Part shown: positions 1-11,080 of the stretch, one piece after another
Layout of the letters: each line of letters starts with the position of its first letter
Position numbering within the stretch: position 1 is the stretch's first letter
Position numbers and translations under genes: made by a program
The notes under the pieces: model-generated
Databases searched by the model: none
The model's input: only the letters and a program-made list of their open reading frames with translations
Told to the model about the DNA's origin: nothing
From: Octopus bimaculoides
Lineage: Eukaryota
Reading direction: 5' to 3'
Assembly: GCF_001194135.2 (NCBI RefSeq)
Contig: NC_068993.1
Coordinates: 12,299,091-12,331,724, forward strand
Length of the DNA: 32,634 nucleotides

Positions 1-135
1 AATACGGAAAGTCTTTGACGTTTCGAGCTACGCTCTTCAACAGAAAGAATACGGAGACAAGGAGAAAAACACGGAGAAAAAAAATTGAATAGTGTTCAGT
101 CAACGGTCAATCATAATATATCCATAGAAGCAGAT
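1..135 (-). mobile_element. Penelope-like element (PLE) terminal-repeat fragment, running off the window start
   Basis: Minus strand has a pyrimidine-rich tract followed by a minimal hammerhead motif (12-48), the known hallmark of PLE terminal repeats. No RT or GIY-YIG coding sequence is visible, so the PLE assignment and the inner boundary are inferred. Confidence 0.6.
12..48 (-). ncRNA. Minimal type I hammerhead ribozyme motif with variant core (CUGUUGA)
   Basis: Minus strand reads UCUUU-CUGUUGA-A-GAGC-GUA-GCUC-GAAA-C-GUC-AAAGA: 5-bp stem I (UCUUU/AAAGA), 4-bp stem II, GAAA, GUC cleavage triplet. Stem III is reduced to the ACGU palindrome. Confidence 0.75.
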
Positions 136-792
136 TTACGCGCACATACATATGTGTGTGTATTTGTCTGAGTGTTTTTTATAAGGAACGTGCGGTAGTG
201 TAATAAGTGAAGCGAGAGAGTGGACACTTATATCATAGTTATTCTGAGACTTAATTATTTTTTTCTACTTAAATTAATACTCCGATTTCCAAAGAAATTT
301 TCAAGATACATGCAATGTTGGCAGCGATGGTGTTTCGCATTATTTTTTCATCTTTGTTATTGCAATGATTGTTGTGAATTTGTGAATACAGCGATTCTAT
401 TTGTGTTCATGCCATTGGCTATATTATTGTTGGTAGCATGCTTGGGATTTGTATCACCACTAATGGGCGTTAGGTTTAGGCTGTTCTGTGAAGTACATAA
501 TTTACTGCAGTTTGATCATAGCGAGTTGTTACGTTAATAACTGGTATTTCGGTGCGGACTTTGATGAGACTACCTACGATGACAATCGTCTTCTTGAAAA
601 TAACAGTGACGAGTTGTCGTATAGACTTTACATGCAATATACTTACATAAAAATATACCGACACATATGTGTATATGTGCGTATGTGTGTATTTACATAT
701 ATATATATAAATATATATATTATATATTTTATATCTTAATATATAGAACAAATCTAGTGTGTGTATGGTTTCTCGTTCAGTCTCTCTACATG

Positions 793-858
793 ATAACTTG
801 GGCAAGTACTAGGGAAATGACAGACTTCTGAGTAAATTTGGTAGACGGAAACTGCAGC
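793..858 (+). mobile_element. Degenerate fragment of tRNA-derived SINE family C
   Basis: Contains ACTTGGGCAAGT and ATTTGGTAGACGGAAACTG; the latter is shared with the copies at 7642-7902 (-) and 22190-22645 (+). Confidence 0.65.
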
Positions 859-1749
859 GTTGTTCATCTGAAAATGACAGAAAAGCATATTTATAAAGAA
901 GAATTGTCTGCTTCATACTCTTCGTGTGCCGATTCTGCCGATAAGAAAAGAACAAATAATACAATGTGGCAGTGGTTCATAACACGTAAAATCCAGGGTA
1001 CGTTGTTGGTTTTATATAGATATGTATGTTAGTATGTCTGTATATATATATATATATATATCCTTGCACTCAAAGCATAAGAACATAGGATATTGTCGTG
1101 CATGTGACATTTAAATTTGCTTATAAATATGTATACCATATTTGCACACTCATAGTCCTAGATCATCGAAATACTTACGGAGATTTCTGTCTTTTTCCAA
1201 AGAGAAGATTCTGTTTTTACTTTGAATAGCTTCAAATAGGCATCTTTCGAGGAATAATGAACACGAATCATCGAAGAAATAAAACTGATATACTTAAATC
1301 TACATGAATTAGATTATGCCGGTAAAACATTTATATCGACACCGGTAAGTAATATTCCAGTTGTGGTAACACGCTTTGCCGGAATCGGATGCACACAATG
1401 TCATAGATAATTATGTCCTTCTCCTCGATAACTTCTTCCGTTTCTATGACGGATAGCCTGTATTGTAAGAGATGTTGTGCAAGCAACCTGCCTTAATCTG
1501 CAAGGTCAGCATATTCTCTTAATCCAACTTTGAATCTCGCTATATTCTCATTAAATTCGAAGTAGATGTCATTTTCAAACATTCTGTTACATGATGATGC
1601 TATGTAGCATTATGTTTTCAGATTGAAATTTGTGGTCATTCACCCAGCAGAAAATGAATGGGTGAATGTAATATTTCAAATAAGCTAATGGCAGGAGTTT
1701 TCATTAATATATTTCTTGAATTTAATTTTACATCTCATTTTGAGCAAGA

Positions 1750-2133
1750 GTGGAGGTGCAATGGCCCAGTGGTTAGGGCAGCGGACTCGCGGTCATAGGA
1801 TCGCGGTTTCGATTCCCAGACCGGGTGCTGTGAGTGTTTATTGAGCGAAAACACCTAAAGTTCCACGAGGCTCCGGCAGGGGATGGTGGCGAACCCTGCT
1901 GTACTCTTTCACCACAATTTTCTCTCACTCTTTCTTCCTGTTTCTGTACCTGTATTTCAAAGGGCCATCCTTATCACACTGTGTCACGCTGAATATCCCC
2001 GAGAACTACGTTAAGGGTACACGTGTCTGTGGAGTGCTCAGCCACTTGCACGTTAATTTCACGAGCAGGCTGTTCCGTTGATCGGATCAACTGGAACCCT
2101 CGACGTCGTAAGCGACAGAGTGCCAACAGCACA
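1750..2133 (+). mobile_element. Full-length tRNA-derived SINE, family A (tRNA-Arg-like head)
   Basis: Pol III A box TGGCCCAGTGG and B-box-like GGTTTCGATTCC; 3' stem-loop and CAAC tail; 11-bp TSD TTTGAGCAAGA (1739-1749 and 2134-2144). About 92-93% identical by hand count to the inverted copy at 21475-21865. Confidence 0.95.
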
Positions 2134-2218
2134 TTTGAGCAAGAAAAATACACTTCTAAATCTTAGCAGCAGTTATAGACAACTGTGGAATGAAGGGATG
2201 AACTATTCCAAGAAATTT

Positions 2219-2365
2219 GTACTCTTTTTGACTCTTTTACGCGTTTCAGTCAATTAAATGCGGCCATGCAGGTACACTGCCTTCAAAGATTTTAGTCGAA
2301 GAAATCGACATTAGGAATTATTCTATCGGTCACTTTTGCTGAACCGCTATTTGATGGGTCGGTGT
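2219..2365 (-). mobile_element. 3' tail fragment of SINE family C
   Basis: Reverse complement is similar to the 3' half of the element at 22450-22645 (CCGATAGAATAA...GTCGATTT...GACTAAAA...TGACTGAAA) and ends in a (AAAAGAGT)-like tail. Confidence 0.65.
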
Positions 2366-2710
2366 GTGCGTGCGTGTGCGTACGTATGAGTACAGCAGGG
2401 CAAAATTTCGTCGCAGTAAGTGTTGTCAGCTAACTATTTATATTTATTTATTTATTTATTATTTATATTGATTAATTAATTTATTGATGTATTATTATCT
2501 ATTTTTAGTGGCAATGGTGAAGGTTCCGGCTAAACAGAAATTCTGCAACTGTAACAGACGGAATCTCCGATTTTCTTGTCACTGTCTTCTTTTTTTTGAA
2601 AAAAGAAAACAATAAAAACAGGGCAACATTCCCCGTATGGTTGCAGGGCAGGAGACGCAAGAGAATAATTCATCCAAAAACAACACCGTATTCTTGGTGA
2701 TGTTTTGAAT

Positions 2711-2714
2711 ATTG

Positions 2715-2755
<41 letters not shown>

Positions 2756-2757
2756 GT

Positions 2758-2819
<62 letters not shown>
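2711..2819. repeat. Compound microsatellite (TAT)n-(TAG)n
   Basis: Seen directly in the sequence. Confidence 0.98.
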
Positions 2820-2988
2820 AATTGCTTTGTCTGCTGTGGCCACCATTAGGAATTTGTTTGTAAACAATACCATAAAAAATGAAAAGAAAACAAAATCCCC
2901 ACCCTCGGGGTATTTTGTATTTCTATTTCATTTTTCTCTTCTACATTATTTTTGCCTTTGGTTCTTTCACGGTATTGGTATGATTTAC

Positions 2989-3000
2989 GTTATTATTATT

Positions 3001-3071
<71 letters not shown>

Positions 3072-3149
3072 TATTATTATTATTGTTATCATTATTATAA
3101 TTGTTATTATTATTATTATAATTATTATCATCATTATTATTATTATTAT

Positions 3150-3218
<69 letters not shown>

Positions 3219-3228
3219 CAGTAGTAGT
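2989..3228. repeat. Compound microsatellite (TAT)-(CAT)n-(TAT)n-(AGT)n
   Basis: Seen directly; accounts for the poly-I/H/S/D/T ORFs in the track. Confidence 0.98.
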
Positions 3229-3418
3229 TGGTGTATTTATGATAATAACTTGCAGATAGTTGCTTTTGATTCCGTTATATGCATGCTGTTCAAAATGTTG
3301 TTGATAATAAAAATGGTGATTATAGCAGAATAAGTGAAAAGAATAGAAGACGAAGGTAAAAAAAACAAACAAACAAAAGAAGGAGTGGAGGAGAGAATGA
3401 AATAGTTAATAGAAACGG

Positions 3419-3490
3419 AAGGCTGTGAGCTGGCAGAAACGTTCTCTGGGAACGAACAAACGCCCTTTTCAGAGTTATTTACTTTGAATT
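3419..3490 (+). mobile_element. 5' head fragment of SINE family B
   Basis: AAGGCTGTGAGCTGGCAGAAACG resembles the head of the copy at 25078-25311 (AAGGCGGCGAGCTGGCAG); the rest is decayed. Confidence 0.45.
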
Positions 3491-3861
3491 GTTACTATCT
3501 CATATCTGATTAGCCGGTCATGACATAACATGCTTCCCGATTTTAGTATACATACCTTATTAGTATTTCCTCCTATGTTCTATATACTCTGGGAAAGCAT
3601 TAAAGCCCTTTTCGTGGCTACTTTATTTGAATTCTTACTATCGGGTAACTAATTTCATGTTATTACATAACTGACTTCACAATTTGGGTATTCATAACTT
3701 ATTGGAAATTCCTAAAAACAAGATCCCGTGTAAGACAGTTCGGTACTCTCTGTAAATGCACAAAAACTGTATGGGTGTTCCTGGATTAGTGAAACAATTA
3801 AGAGAACGGATCCACGGAATAAGCCCCGCTTTCCCAGGAATTACCGGATACGTCAGCTAGT

Positions 3862-4004
3862 ATACATACATACACACACACGCATATATATATATATATA
3901 TATATGTGTGTATGTGTGCGTGTGTATGTATGTATATATGTATGTATACATATATGTATGCATGTATAGATACATACACACACACACACACACACATATC
4001 TATG

Positions 4005-4075
<71 letters not shown>

Positions 4076-4180
4076 GTGTGTGTGTATGTATGTATGCATG
4101 TATGTATGTGTATGTAAATATAGACATATATCTATATGTATGTATCTATCTCTCTATCTATTTACCTATCTCTCTCTCGC

Positions 4181-4240
<60 letters not shown>

Positions 4241-4390
4241 ATTGTGTGTGTTTGTATGCGTTTGTGTGTATCCGTGTGTTCGTGTTTGTGAGTGTGTGTG
4301 TGTAGATACGTAAACTAATGGATAGACATATAGATAAATAGACAAACAGACAGACAGGGACGGACGGATGGATAGATGGATGGATGGGTG

Positions 4391-4449
<59 letters not shown>
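3862..4449. repeat. Compound (CA)/(TA)/(TG)/(TATC)/(GATA)n microsatellite block
   Basis: Seen directly; pure (GATA)n at about 4391-4448. Confidence 0.97.
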
Positions 4450-5096
4450 TGTATAATATTTATCCTTGGGCAATAAATCGAAAATTCGCTTCATATATTA
4501 GGAAGGCGAATGGGCAGTGCTCTTCAGAATTTCATTTAAAAGAAAAATATTGCATTTATATACAACTTCAATTTGGGAAGAAGACACATTATTTGTGTGT
4601 GGTTATTGGTATATTTTACTGTGAATACATCTTGTTCGCTGAAAATACCCGCAGGCATATGTTATAATTAAGGCGCCTAAAAGTTCTAATTCTGCATCAT
4701 ATTGCTAGAAATATTATTTTAAACGCATGATTTGACTGACGAAAGCATTAAGAAAGAAGCTAGTGAAATGAAAATGTTATTGCTTGCATCATTTACTAAA
4801 TAATGTACAATTGCATACACATGAGGTGTCCGCATATTCCGCTTCAGTATTTATTAGGAAATCGTTCTATACCGTTGTTCAAAATGATCTGGCATATCAT
4901 AAAAATTGTTTTTCTTCACTGACGAAGTATAATAAATCCGAAACATGGGAAGAGTTGCGACTGTACATGCCGAAGTGTTCCACGGAACATTAATTGGTTA
5001 TATATGTGTGTGTGTGTTTACAAACATACACACGCACGCACACATGCACTACTACCCATATACATATACGATGGGTTTCTTTTAGTCTTAGAAATA

Positions 5097-5255
5097 TGTT
5101 GTGTCGACGCCAGCAAGCGAAGAAGTATAAATAGAGGTAGTCTAGCCGTTGTAGAAGAGTTGAGTACCTGTTGAGTGACTGTTGAGTAGCTGACGAGTAG
5201 CAGTTGAATAGAGATCATCCGAAGGTGCTGGATAGCAGTAGCTTGAGACATAACA
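5097..5255. mobile_element. Short solo LTR-like element, copy 1 (159 bp)
   Basis: Starts TGTTGTGT and ends ACATAACA (7/8 inverted match). 5-bp TSD AAATA (5092-5096 and 5256-5260), TATAAATAG box, five 11-bp GTTGAGTAGCW-type units. Homologous to 17852-18036. Confidence 0.85.
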
Positions 5256-5279
5256 AAATATTTATTAGAAATATTTCAG

Positions 5280-5358
5280 CAAGGGGATATAGGAAGAGAA
5301 ACCTCACGAATGTACCATGCAGTATAACTAAACCTGAAACCCTGTGTTTGGGAAGCAA
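5280..5358 (-). mobile_element. Degenerate head fragment of SINE family C
   Basis: Minus strand TTGCTTCCCAAACACAGGGTTTCAGGTTTAG resembles the head of the 7642-7902 copy. Confidence 0.5.
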
Positions 5359-5363
5359 CGTAT

Positions 5364-5365
<2 letters not shown>

Positions 5366-5452
<87 letters not shown>
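5366..5452. repeat. (TG)n microsatellite
   Basis: Seen directly. Confidence 0.98.
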
Positions 5453-5460
<8 letters not shown>

Positions 5461-6148
5461 CATATGAATATTCATATATTTATATATGCATGTACATTTT
5501 TTCTATGCATTTGCATGTAGTTTAGCGAACCAAGTGCGGACCACTATTTGGACACATTTCTTTTCTGATTTAAATAATATGATCGATACAGCTTGCCAAA
5601 TTGTAGACTTTGCTACACAAACATAGTTGTGAAAAGGTACACGTAATGAAATGCTGCATTTGTTTATCGAATTCACTATAATACAGCTATATCAATATTC
5701 CCACCCATAATCATATGAACATCATAACGATTTTATTTCTATTACGAAAACAATTCTATATGGTGGTGTGCATAGAAATTTGAAAACACGTAGGCAACTG
5801 TTCCTGTCACAACAGAATTTGAAATGGAATTGATTGTGGAGAGATGAGCGCTTGACTCAGTATAATATCTTTTATATTTTGTGGAGAAACTAAGTTTGTA
5901 ATATATTGTTAAATAAATATTTGTTTTACATTAAATAATGGTACGAATATACATTTCGGGGTTCACTGAACATAAAAGTACGCAGTTTTATAAACGTGAA
6001 TCCATAACATTTTTACAACTTGGTGATGATGTGATCAGTCAAAGTAAGAAGGCCTTGATCAAATTATTGACATCTAAATGATCCTAGTTACCATTAGATT
6101 TGACTGGCATAGTCTACGACAATGAAAAGTGTAGCCGACTGATAAATG

Positions 6149-6150
6149 GA

Positions 6151-6186
<36 letters not shown>
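6149..6186. repeat. (GAAA)n microsatellite
   Basis: Seen directly. Confidence 0.95.
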
Positions 6187-6436
6187 AGGAATGAATAAAG
6201 GAGGAAGAGGAAGAGTCCACTAAGGACTGTTGTTCTTTTTTGTAAATAGCTTGGTGTGTATCACACACATATTATATTTTAGAAGAATTTTTTTATCGAA
6301 TCAGTCACTGTGGTGAATGTTTTCTATATTAGAATGTACACGAACCTGCATAATACAACCTTACTGAGTTTTATTTTAATGAGCGATGCTTAGTGTACCT
6401 TTAACACACACATACACATACACACACACATACACA

Positions 6437-6470
<34 letters not shown>

Positions 6471-7294
6471 TTTATATATATTTATTTACTTGTTTAATAT
6501 TTATTGCTAACCTTCAAAGGCTTGTAATTAATACAAGGAGTAAAAGCAAAGAATAAAACGAAAAATATTTTCTCCTTATCCTGGAAATTTTCATACATTG
6601 GCGGTGAAAAATCACAGAATCAAAATTCCAAACACCGAAGAATGTCAGACAAAATGGAGATTTGGGAAATTTTATAACGATAATGAAAATTAATTCACGG
6701 AATCTAAAGTGGAAATTGATTGTAAAAATAAAAGCGAATTTGTTTTTAGCAGTCTATTTTGACGTCACTGATACGAATCAAACCTCATAAATTTTCATAT
6801 GTAAATTTTCATCCGAACTTTATATTTTATGTTTGTCCGACTGTGCAGTGTCTACAGTCATAATTGTTCACCTACAAACCTATGGCCTACTTTTTTTTAT
6901 ATTTTAAAATCCTATTTCTGTGAGTGCGTGTCTGTTTTTGTATATATGACTGTGTAAAAGTTTGTTTGCTTTTTTTCTTTTCATTGTGCTTGTACGTCGC
7001 ATCAAATGTTTAAAAATCAGCGTTTTATAATTATTCAAATATTTTAAAATGTGGCTATAACACCTACACATAATTTATACAAAAATTCATTAATCACCAG
7101 AAAAACAGACATCGGAAATTACGAAACTGATTGCATAAAAAATCATTTACATGGATGACTATATTTTAATACCAAAATAGCAAGCTCTCACAAAAGCCTA
7201 CTCTTGCAACGGTTTTAACCAGACGGTTTGTCTGACGATATTTTCCTTGTGATTGCATCTTAAAGATTTTTTCCAGTACTTCTTGAATATCGAC

Positions 7295-7641
7295 NNNNNN
7301 NNNNNNNNNNNNNNNNNNNNNNNNNNNNNNNNNNNNNNNNNNNNNNNNNNNNNNNNNNNNNNNNNNNNNNNNNNNNNNNNNNNNNNNNNNNNNNNNNNNN
7401 NNNNNNNNNNNNNNNNNNNNNNNNNNNNNNNNNNNNNNNNNNNNNNNNNNNNNNNNNNNNNNNNNNNNNNNNNNNNNNNNNNNNNNNNNNNNNNNNNNNN
7501 NNNNNNNNNNNNNNNNNNNNNNNNNNNNNNNNNNNNNNNNNNNNNNNNNNNNNNNNNNNNNNNNNNNNNNNNNNNNNNNNNNNNNNNNNNNNNNNNNNNN
7601 NNNNNNNNNNNNNNNNNNNNNNNNNNNNNNNNNNNNNNNNN
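7295..7641. other. Assembly gap (N run)
   Basis: Run of N. Confidence 1.
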
Positions 7642-7709
7642 GATTGCCATGAGGCGATGGGACACACGCACATGTACAAACATACGCACACACGCACTAA
7701 CACACTCAC

Positions 7710-7753
<44 letters not shown>

Positions 7754-7902
7754 TATGGGACGAGCTTCTTTCAGTTTCCGTCTACCAAATCCATTCACAA
7801 GGCTTTGGTCTGCCTGATTATAGTCGAAAACTCTTACACAAGGTGCAATACAGTGGCACTGAACCTGGAAACACATGATTTGAAAACATGTTTCTTTACA
7901 CA
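7642..7902 (-). mobile_element. SINE family C copy with an internal (TA)n/(TG)n tract, 3' part lost in the gap
   Basis: Minus strand: B-box-like GGTTCAGTGCC, then CAAAGCCTTGTGAATGGATTTGGTAGACGGAAACTGAAAGAAGC, then (TA)n, then GTGTCCCATCGCCTC. Same layout as 22190-22645. Confidence 0.8.
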
Positions 7903-8773
7903 CGGGCATATACTTTCTAATATATTTTGATTAATAATATACACTAAAAATTTTAATATTTTGTAAATGCTGACTCTCTCTGATATGGGGATCATCTGAT
8001 ATTTATAGCTTATCTAGGTATATCTTTATACAATAATCCACGTTTTGCCATATATTCAATGATGTATGTTCTTATGTATCAAATTGTCTCAATGAAAAGA
8101 GATTTAAAACTTAAAATGTGTTTTCTACGTTTCATTTGATAAATATTTTTTCCCTGAATCTTCCATAAGCATCTTTGAATTTGGATTTCTGAAACTAGTT
8201 TTAAATAATGAACGATCATTTTTTTATCAGTTTTATATCACAAATGGCCATATTTATGTTTTTGAATCACACACAACTTCTGGGCCGATTTCATTTTAGA
8301 CTCCTTTAATATTCTTTAAAGATATTGGAATTAATGTTCGGTTTTCATTGCTTACCTGAACTCTGTTTTCCGCGTCATGCCTCCAGGCATGTTAAATCTC
8401 ACTGACATTATCCCCTCAATTGCAAATAATTTAATATTTTTTGTTTTCATTTTCCGTAACCAAACTCTATTGTTAAAATATTGAGACTGTATTTTGGGCA
8501 AAACGTACTTAAATTAGAAGAGGGTCCATTTCTCTTAGATTTCATGTTCGTAACATTCAAATTGTGCTTCTATAAACGCTTCGGTACAACATAACACGAT
8601 TTTAGTGCCTTTCATTATCTCCATGTTCTGCGTCGTTTTTCTCTAGAAATTAGCCAATTTTTATTGTTTATTTCGTTTTTGTTAGAATTTGTCAAACTTC
8701 CTTCAGAGGGCTATCTTTCACATTCTATGTCATGTCTCTCTTCAAGTTCAATAGCAAAACTAATAACATGTAT

Positions 8774-8822
8774 GTATGCATGTTCTGTATGCATGTTCTG
8801 TATGCATGTTCTGTATGCATGT
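8774..8822. repeat. 13-bp tandem repeat (GTATGCATGTTCT) x ~3.8
   Basis: Seen directly; three perfect units plus a partial unit. Confidence 0.95.
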
Positions 8823-9409
8823 ACATATATGTAAGATAAGCATGTGAAAGCCATGTTGCACTAGTCAGATGAAACAGAGACCATGTCAAGATGAAAGCCT
8901 GGGAAGATGAGAGGAAAGCAATAACTGCACCATCAAAGTACAAATCAATGTATTTTGTAATGGAAAATAAGTCCATTAAAACCAGAACTGCACTTTGGGG
9001 ATTGTAAGCTGCCTATTAAAGAGCATTTCATATTTTGCTGGTAAAAGTAGACATAAAGTTCTTACAGGAAGAATGTATATCCTCCCTAAATAACAGAAAT
9101 TCACAGAGGAACAAAATGCTATAGAAATCGCGAACAATTTACATTTATAAAGCGTAGCTCCAAGGTCGTGAACGGATAAAGCTGGCTATCAGAGGGGATT
9201 CGTTGCTGCAAGAACAACAACGTTAGTACTTCTACAGATGTGCACGCCCTTTCGATGCCAGGTGCTATAACACATTTTCATTGGGGTATTTTGAACAGAT
9301 TACACGCATGCACGCATGCACGCACGTATGCACGCACGCCCCCCACATATATATACACATACAAGTGTGTATATATGCGTGTATGTATATGTATATGTGC
9401 ATGCATATG

Positions 9410-9444
<35 letters not shown>

Positions 9445-9605
9445 GCTCACGAAAACTGAAATTGCATACAATGGCACTTCCATATAAATACATGTGTTTG
9501 TTATTGGCGTGCTTGCAGAATTATAAACGTTTCTAATCTTACGATCGTTTCCAAAGTAAAGTAATAGGGAACTTTGCTGGGTATGAATAAATACATTAGA
9601 AAAAC

Positions 9606-9627
9606 ATACGAGGAATGAAAAGAAAGA

Positions 9628-9670
<43 letters not shown>

Positions 9671-10090
9671 TAAGTTAAAATTTGAAGAAGGAAGAGATAA
9701 GGTGTTTAAAGGAAGGAGAATGAGGTGGTAGAAGAGGAGAAGTAGAAGACGAAGAGGAGAAAAAGTAGAAGACGGAGAAGGAGGAGAAGTAGAAGACGAA
9801 GGAGGAGGAGAAAAAGTAGAAGACGAAGGAAGAAGTGGATGGAGGTGAGGAGACGTAGTAGAAGACGTAGAAGTGGGGAGGAGGCGAAGAAATAGACGAC
9901 GAAGAAGGAGGGTGATGAAGAAGAAGAAGAAGAAGAAGAAGAAGAAGAAGAAGAAGAAGAAGAAGAAGAAGAAGAAGAAGAAGAAGAAGAAGAAGAAGAA
10001 AAAGAAGAAGAAGAAGAAGTGGTGGTGGTGGTGGTGCTGGTGGTACTTGTGGAAAAGGAAGTGGAAGAGAAGGAGAAGAAATATCACAAA
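9606..10090. repeat. Polypurine block: (GA)n, degenerate GAGAAGTAGAAGACG minisatellite, (GAA)n, (GGT)n
   Basis: Seen directly; (GA)n about 9632-9666, (GAA)n about 9917-10018. Confidence 0.95.
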
Positions 10091-10209
10091 AACAGCAACA
10101 AAAGCAACAAGAAAAGACCACGCTCAATGGACATTAATCTAGCAGTGATTACAGCTGTAGCTCCAAGCAAGATAGTGCATGCCAAAACCCTACTCGGAGA
10201 GACTCACAA

Positions 10210-10378
10210 GCAGTCTCCTTTTTCCTCTCGCTTCCTCTCTCTTTCTCTCCCTTTCGCTCTGTCTTTCAATTTCGCTCTCTCCCCCTCAATCCCTCTCCCT
10301 TCCTCCCTCACCCCCTCTCTTTCCCTTTCCCTCTTCCTCTCTCTCATGCCCTCTCTTTGTTCCTTTCTCTCTCTCACA
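10210..10378. repeat. Polypyrimidine (CT-rich) low-complexity tract
   Basis: Seen directly. Confidence 0.9.
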
Positions 10379-11029
10379 CTCAAACATGAGCGCATACACA
10401 CGCACACACTGTATGGGTTGACACAAAAGATCTTAGTTTGTTTTAAGGTACGGTCTTTTGTTTTTAGTAAAATTCAAAGACAATAGTTAGATAATTATCC
10501 ATACACGAATATGAATGCGTCTGGGTATATATGGAACCGTGTAACTGTCTTTCTATATGCGTATTTGTTACCATGTTTAAAATGATTTGGACATATTATA
10601 TGGATGCCCAGAAGCTCCGGCATATACCAAGTCTAATGTCACGTATATATGTATATGCACGTATATAAACGCGAGCGTGTTTGTGAGTGTGTGTGTGGAA
10701 TAAGTGTCGTTGTCTCACCGTGATTATTTATATATGAAGTATATAGCTATATGACCCTGAAGAGACAACGAGATATAAACAGGAGTGCAAGCAAATAAAC
10801 TGACATGATTTATGCGGCGTTCAAGGTGGAATATACGCCAGTATAGAAGTCAAAAGGTACTGCCATATAAACTGTACATATCGTTTTTGGAGTAAGCTGT
10901 ATGTCTATTTACAGTTATGTGTGCGTGCGTGTGTGCGTGTTGGTGTGTGTGTGTGTGTGTGCGTGTGTGTGTGCGTTAGTGTGTATGTTTGTATATGCAT
11001 GCGTATGATTATACGAGGGCTTTAATTTG

Positions 11030-11080
<51 letters not shown>

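Noticed and set aside
300-640. Protein-looking frames (WYFGADFDETTYDDNRLLE on +; NLTPISGDTNPKHATNN on -)
   Set aside because: The frames are short, interrupted by stops or run into microsatellite, have no paired splice sites, and match no family I recognise.
1260-1590. Possible exon or pseudogene (donor CCG|GTAAGT at 1345; minus-strand HRNGRSYRG kringle-like peptide)
   Set aside because: In-frame stops lie between every plausible acceptor and the donor, and the kringle resemblance is nine residues without the cysteine framework.
1750-1822. tRNA gene calls for SINE heads (also 21790-21865, 24341-24400, 25230-25311, 16899-16964)
   Set aside because: A and B boxes are present, but I could not form a complete acceptor stem or cloverleaf, and the heads continue into SINE bodies, with TSDs on the two full-length copies.
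2827-3372. Long ORFs with poly-I/H/S/D/T runs (also at 9596-10486, 26233-26846, 27903-28229, 29898-30519, 32081-32540)
   Set aside because: They are translations of trinucleotide microsatellites that lack stops in some frames, with no domain content.
4914-4952. Hammerhead-like CTGACGA...GAAAC
   Set aside because: Stem II does not pair beyond one base pair, and the would-be cleavage triplet is AUG (G at position 17 is not tolerated).
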